Assembly: GCF_001194135.2 (NCBI RefSeq)
Contig: NC_068982.1
Coordinates: 119,692,362 to 119,729,774 of the forward strand
Source: Octopus bimaculoides
Taxonomy: Eukaryota
Direction of reading: 5' to 3'
Length of the DNA stretch: 37,413 nt
In this document: in pieces, positions 20,442-32,925 of the stretch
How the letters are laid out: the number at the start of each line of letters is the position of its first letter
How positions within the stretch are numbered: position 1 is the stretch's first letter
Made by a program: the position numbers and the translations under genes
The notes under the pieces: model-generated
What the model was told of the DNA's origin: nothing
The model's input: the letters and a program-made list of their open reading frames with translations, nothing else
Database searches by the model: none

Positions 20442-20462
20442 TGTATTTTTATTTGTATTTTT

Positions 20463-20843
20463 ATTGAGTGAGAAAAGAGTGCATGCCATCAAAGTGACAC
20501 TGGAGTAGAATATACGAAGCCCAGAATACAATCTTGACTACCCGTCTGATAAGGGTACACCAGGAACATGCATCACAATCATATGTTGCACGACATGGTG
20601 ATGTCATATTAAGATTAAAATCGCATGACCTTCCAGATGAAGCCCAGTTAGAATTTTCTTCAGGTCTTCAGGTCGAGTAGCCCATCCCGATCAAAACGTC
20701 CCTGAATAAGGGTCGTTTAAGGATGATGAACAAAACACCCTTGTTTCCAAAGGTGAATTACACAAGCCCCCCCAAATTCCTCTCAACACGGCTATGATGC
20801 TCCCCAAAACTTCTGCCTGTGACCAGAGATGCACATACCGTCA
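20463..20843. repeat. Unclassified non-coding interspersed repeat, copy 2 (truncated, inverted relative to 2644-3195)
   Basis: Matches the reverse complement of 2830-3195 and begins right after an (ATT)n-rich tract. Confidence 0.8.
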
Positions 20844-20925
20844 AAATAACGTTGTGTAATGATCTAAAATATTTCAGCAAATTACTTCGTTGAACATATA
20901 TTTATTTAATATCTCGTCACATATA

Positions 20926-20926
20926 C

Positions 20927-20976
<50 letters not shown>

Positions 20977-20985
20977 GTCTATCTC
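20926..20985. repeat. (CTAT)n microsatellite running into an assembly gap
   Basis: Read directly. Confidence 0.9.
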
Positions 20986-21986
20986 NNNNNNNNNNNNNNN
21001 NNNNNNNNNNNNNNNNNNNNNNNNNNNNNNNNNNNNNNNNNNNNNNNNNNNNNNNNNNNNNNNNNNNNNNNNNNNNNNNNNNNNNNNNNNNNNNNNNNNN
21101 NNNNNNNNNNNNNNNNNNNNNNNNNNNNNNNNNNNNNNNNNNNNNNNNNNNNNNNNNNNNNNNNNNNNNNNNNNNNNNNNNNNNNNNNNNNNNNNNNNNN
21201 NNNNNNNNNNNNNNNNNNNNNNNNNNNNNNNNNNNNNNNNNNNNNNNNNNNNNNNNNNNNNNNNNNNNNNNNNNNNNNNNNNNNNNNNNNNNNNNNNNNN
21301 NNNNNNNNNNNNNNNNNNNNNNNNNNNNNNNNNNNNNNNNNNNNNNNNNNNNNNNNNNNNNNNNNNNNNNNNNNNNNNNNNNNNNNNNNNATATATATAT
21401 ATATATATAACTGTCTATCGCTCTGTCTCTCTGTCCATCTAACCATCTATCAACCCATTTCTCTATTTATTTAGCTAACACTCATCTACACATTTATTCA
21501 TTTCTTCATCTACCTATCCATATAACTATCTAGATATTTACCCATCTATCTATCATTTCACAAAAGAGCTTGCTCTTCAAAAGCCACTTTCTTACCACGG
21601 TCATTATTCACTCTATAGAAAAAGAAAATAGAATATATAAATGTACTTTCTGGAATCATGTCAAGTTAGAAATGTTGTATTCATGGCGGCAAAATGGTAA
21701 TTTTGGCAAATTGCGCGAACAGAAAAAAATGATGATCATGAAAATAACATCGATAATGACGATGACAGCGACAACAAAGTTGTTGATAACCATATTGATA
21801 ATAAAAATAATGATAATTGTAACTTTCCTAAAGCGACTTACATGGAAAAAGAAAGCAATGGACTGTGATAGAGATTATTAACTAACTAGATAATAACATC
21901 TGTATGATGAGTAAATCATGTTTTCTTTTTTGTTTCTAAATTTTGAATAAAAAATACATTAATTATAGTCTCGGAAATGGTAAAAA

Positions 21987-22535
21987 CATGAAAAGTTTTT
22001 CAGTAGTTATTGTCCTCAATAATTAAACGACGGAGTTCATCTAGCCATGTTTTGCTAATTTACATATATCATTTCCAGGTTATCTACGAAGGTTTTCATA
22101 ATTTACTAAATATATTTGGAATGCAAACAGTATCACTGGAATTAACGAATGGGAAAATTGAACAGTTGTTTCTTGGTATCAATTTTCTTTCCATCATTCG
22201 ATCACGTTGATCTCTGCTGTCTCTGAGCAATACAGTAAATTATGTAATGTCATAGGCGAACTGATTGATTTTTTTTCACATCCATAAGAGTACAACACCG
22301 ATAAAAATTCATGTGATTCATATAGTGTGTATGTATGAGAACGTATGTAATAGAGTGAGACTATAGGTTTTGTATGTATGTCCACGGTCGTGTAGAGTTG
22401 CAATTAATCTCCAAGATGACCTTCTTGCCATTGTGTTTCACTTATCTGCTGAAGCGTTTTTCCATTCCTGTACGAGGTACATATTTGTAGAATGTTTGTC
22501 ACGCTCCAGCAGGAACAATGTCTGACACAGATTCC
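21987..22535 (-). pseudogene. Possible highly decayed intronless ionotropic glutamate receptor (NMDA-like) S1-M1-M2-M3 segment
   Basis: With frame switching, these motifs appear in the expected order: GICV-D-I/LFLLERD, MYLVQ-(D/N)GK, QW..GHLGD*L, VD..TKP, IGVVLL, VIE*W, FS..LI.VILF..., ENLR, LAK.W, TIT..KLFM. Many indels are required, so a chance match is not excluded. Confidence 0.35.
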
Positions 22536-25299
22536 GTTACCAACTGAATAATTTCATTACATTTAATGTTTATTTGTAGGCTTTTCCGCAACAAGAATGC
22601 ATTCCTCTACTTAATTTATATTGCTTTTAACACATTGCAGCAGAATGAAGTTCTCGTGATGAATGTGAACGAAACAATCATGCATTTAGCAGTATTGGAT
22701 ATTTAATATGAATTGAAAATCTAATTTGTTTACAAGTTTAAACTTCAGATTATTTGATTGCTTAAAGTCTGCATAAATTTCAAACTCTCTCTAAAATTTG
22801 TTTCATTCTATCAATATGAGGAATAAATACTGGAGTGGAAATAGAGAAATAATGACATCTAATATCGATTCGATGTATTTTTAAATCAGGATCTTTGTGT
22901 TGTAAGAAATTGGTCACAAATTATGTATATGCTAGATTTAGCGCTCGACCTGGTTCATCTCGTTCTTCAACGCTTCGCTAGCCTACCCGAATGTCTATAC
23001 AGGGATGATGCTCTTCTAATAGCCACGGATATTTGTTGACTGCCTGTTGATAGTACCCGGCGGCTCTGTATGAGATTTAAAAAAATATATAATCTTTCTG
23101 TCCCATTCGAAAATAGCACTACAGTAGCTACTTCTTTAAGATGTAACCCTTGATTTACATGCGAAGCTATATTACCCTTACCATAAACCGAATGGGTCGC
23201 TACAATATGTCAATGTCCAGTCTAATTATTCTTTTATATGCCCTTAAAAGCATTATCACTGGACTTTCTATCAGGATTTCTAATATATCAGCTAATGAGG
23301 ATTTCTTTTATCATCATGCTCCGTACTATATATAACCATAGCGCTTATGTATGTATCTAGCTACCTAGCTTTCTCTCTCTCGCTATCTACCAATACATAG
23401 ATACAAATCTTGTATAACAAAATATCGTAATATTATACAACTATTAGGTTTAGTATCATAACAATGTATTTACAGTGATACAAATCTGTAGGACGTATTA
23501 TATACATGAGACAAAATTTATTTCATTACCACAGAAGACAGCAGCGACATAAGTCATATTGTGGTTTGTAGATTATGCAACTATTAGTTTTGAGACAAAT
23601 CTGATAAGAAGCATTAAATATCTTTTGAAGTCCCTAATAGAATAAGATAAAAAATAGAAATACCAATATAAATACCACATACGTATTGACTATTGATTAA
23701 AATATATATACAGACATAATTTATATTAAAGCTTTGGTAATTTTGAAGTAAAAAGAATATATAAAATACAACACATTACCATTGCACACATGAACATTGA
23801 ATGACACATAAAAAATTGTGGCATATGGTATCATATTGATTTTTGTGTTGAAATTTGAAAACCGCCTTTTATAATTGCGGAAGTAATAATCTCAGGCTTC
23901 ACAAATTTTCCCTGATTATAACAGGAGAGGACCGTTTTGAAAGATTTTTTAAAAAATTTATCTTAAAAGATATCCTAAATTTTAAATGATCGTCGTTTAT
24001 AATGCTTAAATATAAAAGTAATAATGATCGCTTCTAAAGTGGCGCAACTTCTGGTAAGTAAATGTTTGTTCTATGTTAAATTTCAATTTCATATTCTGGA
24101 ATTAAATGGAAGTATAGAGAAAGAAATATAAACGGTTGTTACTCAAATTCACAATGAATTGAAAAGGGAGTTTTTAATGAAAATTAAATCTCCAAAAATA
24201 TATTTTAGTTTAACGATTCTTTCTCAAACGTGTTTGTTTCAGAAGGCCGCTTGCTTCTCATCTCTTTATCTAACTGCAATGTAAAGATAATAGTATGATT
24301 AAAACTATACTATTATAATACATTTACCATTATCATCTCAAATCTTGGTAATGCAATAATCACCAACTAGGTATTAAACTGTTATATTAAGGCGCATCAA
24401 TCAAAGAGAGAGGAACCTTTTGTACTGAATTTAAGTCCTATCTTACAAAGCTACGTTTAAAATAATATAATTTGCTAAACCACAGGTATTTTACCAAATG
24501 TAAATATTCATGAAATTTCTGGCAGTAGTCTAATGGCTGAAACAAGTAAAAGAGTAAAAGAGTGAATTATAAAATTCATACAGCTTTCTCTTGTGAATTC
24601 AAAGCGTGCCCTAGGCCACAGCCCACGTCTATAATGTTTTAGTCAAACAGAATAGTGATATTTTCAAATCATGCGTACGTTTCAGTTTTCTGTCATAAAT
24701 AAAAGGAAATGCATCCATTTCTTAAGTCTTCTTCAGTTATAACATTTTAAGTTAGGCAGGAATTGATGGAAATATTTCCATATATATGGTTAATGCGAAA
24801 AAAAATGTATATAGAGGATGACAAAGAGTGGGATTCATGGAGATAGTGACAGAGAAAGAGTGACGGCGAAAGAGGGAAAGTGTGAAATAAATAGAAGAGA
24901 ATGAGATATATAGTGAGATAGTGGGCAAGAAATGAAGGCCTACATGAGAAGAGTATTGAAAAGAAACAGGCTGGTTGTAGTTTTTTATTTGCATACAAGC
25001 TCTAAAAAAAGGATAAAATTAGTAAATTGAGGAGATCAAGAATTTGAAAGAAACGATGGTTTCAGGGTGTGGTTAAGAGTTTTAGTAGTGAAAGGCATTG
25101 GTAATGTATGTCCTTCAAACTATGAGTGGTGTTAAGGTGATTTAGACAAGACAATAATGATGGCGACGACGACGACGATGATGATGATGATTAAATAACG
25201 AAAAACAACGAACTAGACATACAAATACTGACCATAGGATATCTAAAAATAATATAAATAGCTAGTGTATACGAATATAGACAACACGTGGAACGAAAC

Positions 25300-26190
25300 G
25301 TCAAACAAAAAATTCAAACGCTACGCCTACTCGATGGAGATTAAAATGCATCAAAACAGAACAGCATAAGAAAAAAATAGAAACAGGAAGGAATGCGAAG
25401 AAAACCTAAGACTTGGAATCAATGAAATCGGAAACCATGCTTATGATACTTTAAAATTGGATATAATCGGAGAATTAAAAGACGTAGAACTTAGTATAAA
25501 CTATCGAATGGATTTGCCAAATATTAGAATTAATAATAAGATAGTAAAACAAAAACAAAAAAGACATAGGTTTGGCCATCACAGACGTAATAGCAACAGC
25601 AGCAAGCGTCAATATGATCAGGCTAAGGAAGTTGGATAATCCCTCAAATCTACCCAGGTAGAAATATCAAAACATAAACAATCAATAGGGAATACTAATA
25701 GCCAGAAGATACGAAAATAAAAGAAAGGATCTGTCAGTCCTTAATGAAAATGATAACCAAATTGCACTACGAAAAACCAACAAAGAAAGAAAAGTAGAGA
25801 AATACAAAATAAGTTGTACATGAAACAAAAGAACAAAGAACGTTTAAAGAATGATATACTTTCTAAAGCACAAAAATAAGTTGGTATGGAAAACGTGAAA
25901 GATTCTTGAACAAAATAAGCTGTTTAACTCCAATACTCCAATCTAAAATGATTCTAACAAGAACTTGATAAAACTAGAATTGAAATCAGTGCAGTACTAT
26001 CAGCAAGAGAAGTTGAAGAATTTTGGAAAGAAGTATGGGCGGCGAGGAAATTAAAACAGCAAACACAGCACCTGAACAAATCAGAACATCCGTATCAACG
26101 AAAGAAGTAACCAAAGTAGTGCAAACAAACAAATAATTGGAAGGCATGAGGACAGGACAAAATTCAAGATTCCCAAATTCTGACTTGTGG
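25300..26190 (+). mobile_element. R4-clade RLE element, decayed internal fragment (region upstream of the RT)
   Basis: ENKRKDLSVL (~25711), KAQK..YGKRERF..QNKLFN (~25865-25930), EVEEFWKEVW (26009-26038), NNWKA*GQDKIQ (26132-26167; cf. NWKAPG.D.I). Same motif order as in the 8300-13100 element. Confidence 0.65.
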
Positions 26191-26857
26191 TACACGGTGC
26201 AATTATTGAAGCAACGTCGATTCGATGAGATGGGAGGGGGNNNNNNNNNNNNNNNNNNNNNNNNNNNNNNNNNNNNNNNNNNNNNNNNNNNNNNNNNNNN
26301 NNNNNNNNNNNNNNNNNNNNNNNNNNNNNNNNNNNNNNNNNNNNNNNNNNNNNNNNNNNNNNNNNNNNNNNNNNNNNNNNNNNNNNNNNNNNNNNNNNNN
26401 NNNNNNNNNNNNNNNNNNNNNNNNNNNNNNNNNNNNNNNNNNNNNNNNNNNNNNNNNNNNNNNNNNNNNNNNNNNNNNNNNNNNNNNNNNNNNNNNNNNN
26501 NNNNNNNNNNNNNNNNNNNNNNNNNNNNNNNNNNNNNNNNNNNNNNNNNNNNNNNNNNNNNNNNNNNNNNNNNNNNNNNNNNNNNNNNNNNNNNNNNNNN
26601 NNNNNNNNNNNNNNNNNNNNNNNNNNNNNNNNNNNNNNNNNNNNNNNNNNNNNNNNNNNNNNNNNNNNNNNNNNNNNNNNNNNNNNNNNNNNNNNNNNNN
26701 NNNNNNNNNNNNNNNNNNNNNNNNNNNNNNNNNNNNNNNNNNNNNNNNNNNNNNNNNNNNNNNNNNNNNNNNNNNNNNTGTATATATATATGTATGTATA
26801 TTTGACAGCAATGCCAACAAAAGAAAGAGACCTCGATATTATGCAAATAGAGGAATT

Positions 26858-27447
26858 TATCTGTAAATATATGTGACACTTATTCAGTAGCCATGATAAA
26901 ACTCCGAGTTTCGGATGCCAGGGTGGGGGGTCCACTCCAACATCTCTTCAGTTATCCAACTACCGGAAATTCTTTTCAAAAATAACCGTTAACCCATAGG
27001 GAAAAATTCAAAACAAAGGGGAATAAACCGACAAAGGGAAATTACTGTGTAGTGACAGAACGCGTATAAACCTGCGTATATCATACACGCACGCACATAT
27101 CTCAATGTGCGCACGTATATATCTACATGCGCACGTATCCACGCGCGCACCTACAAGCGCGCACATATAAAGTTCCTTGTACGTGTCTATAATCGCACGG
27201 AAAAAAGTTTGGAGGGGAGAAAAAACAGAAAAACTGTATGTGAGAAAATACAACCCTTAACCCTATACCTATGTAAAAACCTAAAAATAATGTTTTTAAT
27301 CTTCGTTATGGGTTGATGGTTACTTTTCAAAAGAGTTTCCGGTAGTTGGATAACTGAAGAGATGTTGGTGTGGACCCCACATCCTGGCATCCGAAGCTTG
27401 GAGTTTTATCATAGCTACTGAATAAGTGTCACATATATTTACAGATA
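26858..27447. mobile_element. Foldback/MITE-like element with ~155-bp inverted arms
   Basis: 26858-27014 and 27292-27447 are reverse complements at about 90% identity by eye (e.g. ccaacatctcttcagttatccaactaccggaaa exact). Spacer ~280 bp; TA-type microsatellites on both sides. Confidence 0.85.
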
Positions 27448-27719
27448 TATATATATATATATATATATANNNNNNNNNNNNNNNNNNNNNNNNNNNNNNN
27501 NNNNNNNNNNNNNNNNNNNNNNNNNNNNNNNNNNNNNNNNNNNNNNNNNNNNNNNNNNNNNNNNNNNNNNNNNNNNNNNNNNNNNNNNNNNNNNNNNNNN
27601 NNNNNNNNNNNNNNNNNNNNNNNNNNNNNNNNNNNNNNNNNNNNNNNNNNNNNNNNNNNNNNNNNNNNNNNNNNNNNNNNNNNNNNNNNNNNNNNNNNNN
27701 NNNNNNNNNNNNNNNNNNN

Positions 27720-28010
27720 ATGTACGACCGTGAGATTGGGCGTTCGAAATCTGGACCGGGCTGCGTGAGCAAAACGCTTCATTTCTTGTTGCACTAGTTC
27801 ATTCAGCTGTAGAAATGAGTTGCGACGTCACTGGGGCCAAGCTGTATCGGCCTTTGCCTTTCTCTTAGATAACATTGGTGGCGTGGAGAGGGGAGGCTGG
27901 TATGGATGGGTGACTTCTGGTCTTCCATAAACAACCTTGCCTGGACCTATACCTCTGAAGGTAACTTTCTAGGTGCAATCCCATGGTCATTCCTGACCGA
28001 AGGGTGTCTC
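27720..28010 (+). mobile_element. tRNA-derived SINE-like element family D, 5' end lost in the gap
   Basis: B-box-like gcgttcgaaatct followed by ggaccgggc, as in family B heads, then a GC-rich CpG-containing body ending gaccgaagggtgtctc. Single copy in the window. Confidence 0.5.
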
Positions 28011-29224
28011 CAATATATATATAATCAGGCAATAATCTAGCAGCTCTGCATCGGCAATTGAAAGGGGTACAGTGAACTTGTCGTCAATCCTTCGTCAAGA
28101 GGCAGAGAAAAGGAGAAGAAAAAGAGGAAAAACTGGTAATGGACGCAGAATAAAAAAGGCTGCTAACGTGAAACAGAAGTTATATGAGAGGGCGTGCAGA
28201 AAGGAAAGGGTGATGAAAAGAGTAGAGGTAAGTAAATATTGGAATGTTGCAGAGAGAGGGTGGAAAGAGGATAAAAAAAGTAAAAAAGAATTAAGAGGAG
28301 ATGAAAGGATGAAAGAAAAAAAACGTTCATTCAAAACATTTGAAGACATAGTACCAACATGAAATATGATACGTTGCTCCTTTCCTTTCCTAGAGAAGGA
28401 GGATCCGTGGTAGAAGGCTATACTACACACTGATAAATCGGCAATCAGTGTTGAAGTAGGTGGCGACATGTTGTCCTGGCATACATAGCATTATGTTTCT
28501 GACGTGTCGCGAATGCGATCCCCAAAACTTCGCCCTGTTTCTCCAATATAAAGAGCACCGCAGAGTTTGCATATAAGATTCACCGAAGAGCAACAGAGGT
28601 GGTATGTTATGTGATATTACCAATATTACCACCACCACGGGGCCCAATAATCAATTTCACATAACACGCCACTTCTGTTGCTTGGGTCCTATAATTAGCA
28701 ACTCGACCATTAGTCATTGACAAAATAAGTTACACACTTGAAACTTTCATGAATATCGGTATAAGAGTTAACAACTGGAAGATACAATCTCAGCAAGTTT
28801 GTGTATTATGACGAAAATCTAAAAAAAGGATAAAACGTGATATATACATAACCAACTGTCAACTGATTAAGCCATTTTATTTATAGTGAATATATCATTC
28901 TATGAAATAGTTATAAATTAGACATTAAAAAAAATTATATATACATCAATGCTAAAACATCAACAAAACACATTTTCCTATATATATATACATTTAGCTT
29001 GCAAATTGATGAATAGAAATGTCTCACCAGATTTTGTTTATAACGTACTGGTCTATCGTTCATGTCGATATCACTCGCCGCCGTACCACCGTATATTTTC
29101 ATGATGAATTCAAAACCTTATTGGATTTAGCTAAATAAGATATTTTCTCCAGCTCTCTAATGATTTTGACAAACACATTTTAATCAAAAGTAATGATTGT
29201 TTAAATAAGTAGAAGGACACACAT

Positions 29225-29340
29225 TTGGAGGATTATTGTAGTCGACTTAATCGACTGCTGAATCTATAATCTGGTACTTATTTCACCGACCCCAGAAAAA
29301 CAACCATACAATTAAAGTATGGAATGATTTGAAGTTGGAA
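29225..29340 (-). mobile_element. SINE family A remnant
   Basis: gtcgacttaatcgac...ctggtacttatttcaccgacccc matches 1140-1195 and 1300-1350. Confidence 0.55.
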
Positions 29341-31573
29341 TGTCCTAAGGTTTTTCATAGTTCTTCTACCCTAATTATCATTGTTTCATTATGATTGACT
29401 AATACTGTTTTCTTTAGTGAGAGCAAAATTAAAATATTTTGCGTTATTATTTTAAATAAAATTAAATATATTTATACAAGAGTGAATATATGAAGACTAA
29501 GAAGAAAAACATGGAAAAATACATTTAATATTAAAATATTTAATCGTCTCATTCGTCTGCTCTTGATTTAGTTACTTTTATCACCTCTAATTGTATATAA
29601 AATTATGGAATGAGAAAATACGACTCGTATACAATTTTATAGTGGATTGTGGTACATTTCTTTTCTCATATTTAATCATTAGAGAACTCTGAAACGGAAA
29701 AAAGCATTTAACATTAAAAACTCATCCTTAAACATTTCATAGAAGCAAAAACATATTGAAAAATTATTAACGAAAAATTTCAGATAACTATTAACAACAA
29801 CAGCAGTCTTGCATGCACTCTTCCCCTGGGAAGTGGCTACATATATAATCATGGCTTGATTACGGATAATTGTTTATCAGCTCAAGAAAATATGAATCTT
29901 AATATAGAAAATGGTGCTCTGCTCATTTTGCTATCCACTGTATTTAAAACTAAAATATTAGACTGGACACGAACCATCTTTACTTTATAGAGTTCATGAT
30001 ACATTCATCGACACGATTGGTTGTGACTGATACCACTTGCAAATACTTCAATATATCTGAAAGAAATGAAAATATGAATTAATAACAGAGCATTTATTTT
30101 GTTGCATGGTCTTCGAGAACGATGAATTAATAATCCTGAAATCAAAATATGAGATATTAGATTATTCGTAGTCTGTGAGCGAGAAGATTACCGTGTGTGT
30201 ACTTATATAAAATGCTTTATAACAGAAATTATCAGAACAACCTCTAAGTAAAAGAGTTTTATTCGGTGAGACTAAGATTCGTTAAGGGAAATTCAGAAAG
30301 AAACTAACGTATTTCGAGTAACTTAAAACGAGCGAATCCAGAAAGACTCAGAATTTGATAAATCAATGAGTTAATACAAATATAGTAAGTCAATATCATG
30401 TTGGCATAAGATAATTATATTTCATACGATGTTTGTGACAAGAACAACAGCAACAGTGGCGACATTAACCGCAAGAGATAATTATGCAACACGAGAAATT
30501 CTAATACAAGATGTCAAAATATATCAAGTTTTACATTTAATAATAAATGTTAATTCGTAAGGCATTGTCCTGTCCACTTTGCTTTGAGTAGGTACCGCAG
30601 CACTGTTTCGTTAATCGCTGTAAGCGGCACATCACCGATAAATTAATGTCTGTCCACGCTGACATGAAGTGGTAATTTCGAGTACATACCGCACAGCGTG
30701 GTATTCTTCAGATTTTATTGTTTCACTTCACATCAAGTGGTTAGAGATTGACAAACAACGGCAAAGGAAAATGGAGAGAGACTAACATACAGACGAACAG
30801 AGAAACAGACAGACAGAAAAATAAACAGACAGACAGAAAAATAAACAGACAGACGGAAAAGTACTCTAGCCAGCAAGAATGTTTATATTTTGTCGCTTAA
30901 CTTACGAGAAAAAGCATTCATGTCTTCAAAGCATAGCTAACGTATGTAACAAAAGTAATTTTAAAAACAAGAAAGAACATAGTAATTGTAATTGTCAATA
31001 TACTGCCTTGAATGCAGGATGGAGGTAATCAAGACCGGAATATTTTTGATCATAGGCCTACATGATCAGATTTGTGATGGGTTGCTACACAGCATAGAGA
31101 AACAACAACAAATTCAAAGTGCAGAATAGAGTGTGTGGAGAAGCAGGCTTTGCAATTCTAATTGCCAAAAACAACGTTCTCTATATTAATGCTAATACTT
31201 ATAATGTCTAAGAAAGCGAATAACTTGGTTTAAATAATTTGCAGCACAAGAAAGCAATTGTGAATGGTTTATGGATAGATAATTAGAAGTAAGAGCGAAA
31301 GTAACAGATTCTCGGTTATTTAATCATATATATTTATTTAATTGATATCTCGGTGCGTCAAGTTTAATTTAAACTTTTTGATAAGAGATTGTGTATACAT
31401 GTGGATATTGTCTAGATTATTAACAGGCGTGTTCGTTATTTATATCAGTGTAATGCTTTCTGTAGTTGCAAAGGAAAATCTAATAAACGTGTGCGTTGTT
31501 TATGTGGCCTTTGTCTGTGTGTATATATGCATGCGCGATTATATGGATGTATGTACACACACACATAGACACA

Positions 31574-31627
31574 CATACATACATACATACATACATACAT
31601 ACATACATACATACATACATACATACA
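31574..31627. repeat. (CATA)n microsatellite
   Basis: Read directly. Confidence 0.95.
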
Positions 31628-32269
31628 TTACATCGCATACATATACAAGTCTTAAATAATACACACGAGAAATGAAAATCGGTTCATATTGTATTGGCAG
31701 AAAATGTAAAAGAGAATTAGATTGGTTGCAGAAACATTACACTGACAGGCAAATATTTCGTGAAGTATTAAGCTACATGCCTCTTACTAATGCGTTCAAA
31801 TCCCGCTTGGAATCATCCTATCTCATGCCTTGCTAGGTATTTATTGCTTGAACACAATATCAATACTTATTCTTAGAGGAACTTTTATAACTTAGCAAAT
31901 TTATTACTCAAAGGAACGAATGGGATTTGAACTTGCTTAGATTAGATGCATACTGTGATCTCTATAGTTCTTGATACAAAATCCACAAATGTTAGTTTCA
32001 CGTTTTTTTATATTTTAATATTCGTAAGAATATTTACTAGTTGTTTGAATTAATACATTAGGTTTTACTGCTTTCCAAAGAGATGCAGGTTAATTTATAT
32101 ACTATTTTAAATGATGTTTATATTGTATCTCCATTTTCTCTTCTGCTAATCATATAAACTCAAGATATATTTGTATGTATGTATGTATGTATGTGTGTAT
32201 GTATGTATGTATGTCAATATGCATGTATCTATGTATATACATGTATAAAGATTTTTTTTTATTCTCTGT

Positions 32270-32410
32270 TTATTTGCTCGTGTTACTTTCTGTTGAAGAG
32301 TGTAGGCTCAAAGCGTAAAAGACTTTCTTACCTTCCCGAGCGTTAAACTAATACACCTGTTTGTTGTTTATACACATGTCTTTGTCTTTTGTTTTTCTGC
32401 AACTTACAAC
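32270..32410 (+). mobile_element. Possible Penelope-type terminal repeat remnant beside (TA)n
   Basis: ttgaagagtgtaggctcaaagcgt (32293-32316) resembles a decayed CTGANGA-stem-GAAACG minimal hammerhead. A diverged inverted copy of 32350-32397 lies on the other side of the (TA)n tract. Confidence 0.3.
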
Positions 32411-32416
32411 TGTATA

Positions 32417-32462
<46 letters not shown>

Positions 32463-32864
32463 AAGAATTTTAAAAAAACAACAGACTAAGACAGGTGGTG
32501 TAGAAAGTAAATACATGTATTACACATTTAGAGTGGGAATGAGAAAAACTGCTAATAGTAAGGATCACATATTTTCAGTATTCGTGAGGCATAAGAAAAT
32601 CCACGTTCTTTATACCTCCTGTCACCGAATCAGACGTTCTATAAATCATATGGATATTTAATCAGCATTTGTAAAGAATTTCTTGTTAACATCAATTTTC
32701 ATATACCATGTAGAGTTCGTATCTGCCTTGTTATCGTCTGTTTGCGTATACAAATGTATATAGGTAAGGCTGTATGTAAAATATATGCATCTTTTCAAAC
32801 TGATATCATAAATACCAAGCAACCTTATAAAAATTTAGTTATTCTAGACAAAAAGGCTGAAAGT

Positions 32865-32925
32865 TTGGGGAGGGGGCCAAGTAATTGGATCAACCCCGAA
32901 AGGGTGAAAGGCAAGTTCGTAGCAA
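32865..32925 (-). mobile_element. SINE family A internally deleted remnant
   Basis: aaccccgaaagggtgaaaggcaagttcg is the reverse complement of the central block gcctttcatcctttcggg. Confidence 0.45.

Noticed and set aside
25986-26935. ORFs of 200-297 aa
   Set aside because: Mostly X residues from an N-gap. The same applies to ORFs at 7607-7912, 14013-14574, 20890-21474, 27320-27797 and 34390-34725, and to the apparent continuity of 10932-11699.
27250-27275. Interstitial telomere
   Set aside because: Only two to three degenerate TAACCC units, inside a foldback element spacer.
28072-28362. Lys/Arg/Glu-rich 96-aa ORF
   Set aside because: Explained by purine-rich low-complexity DNA; no domain motif or splice evidence.
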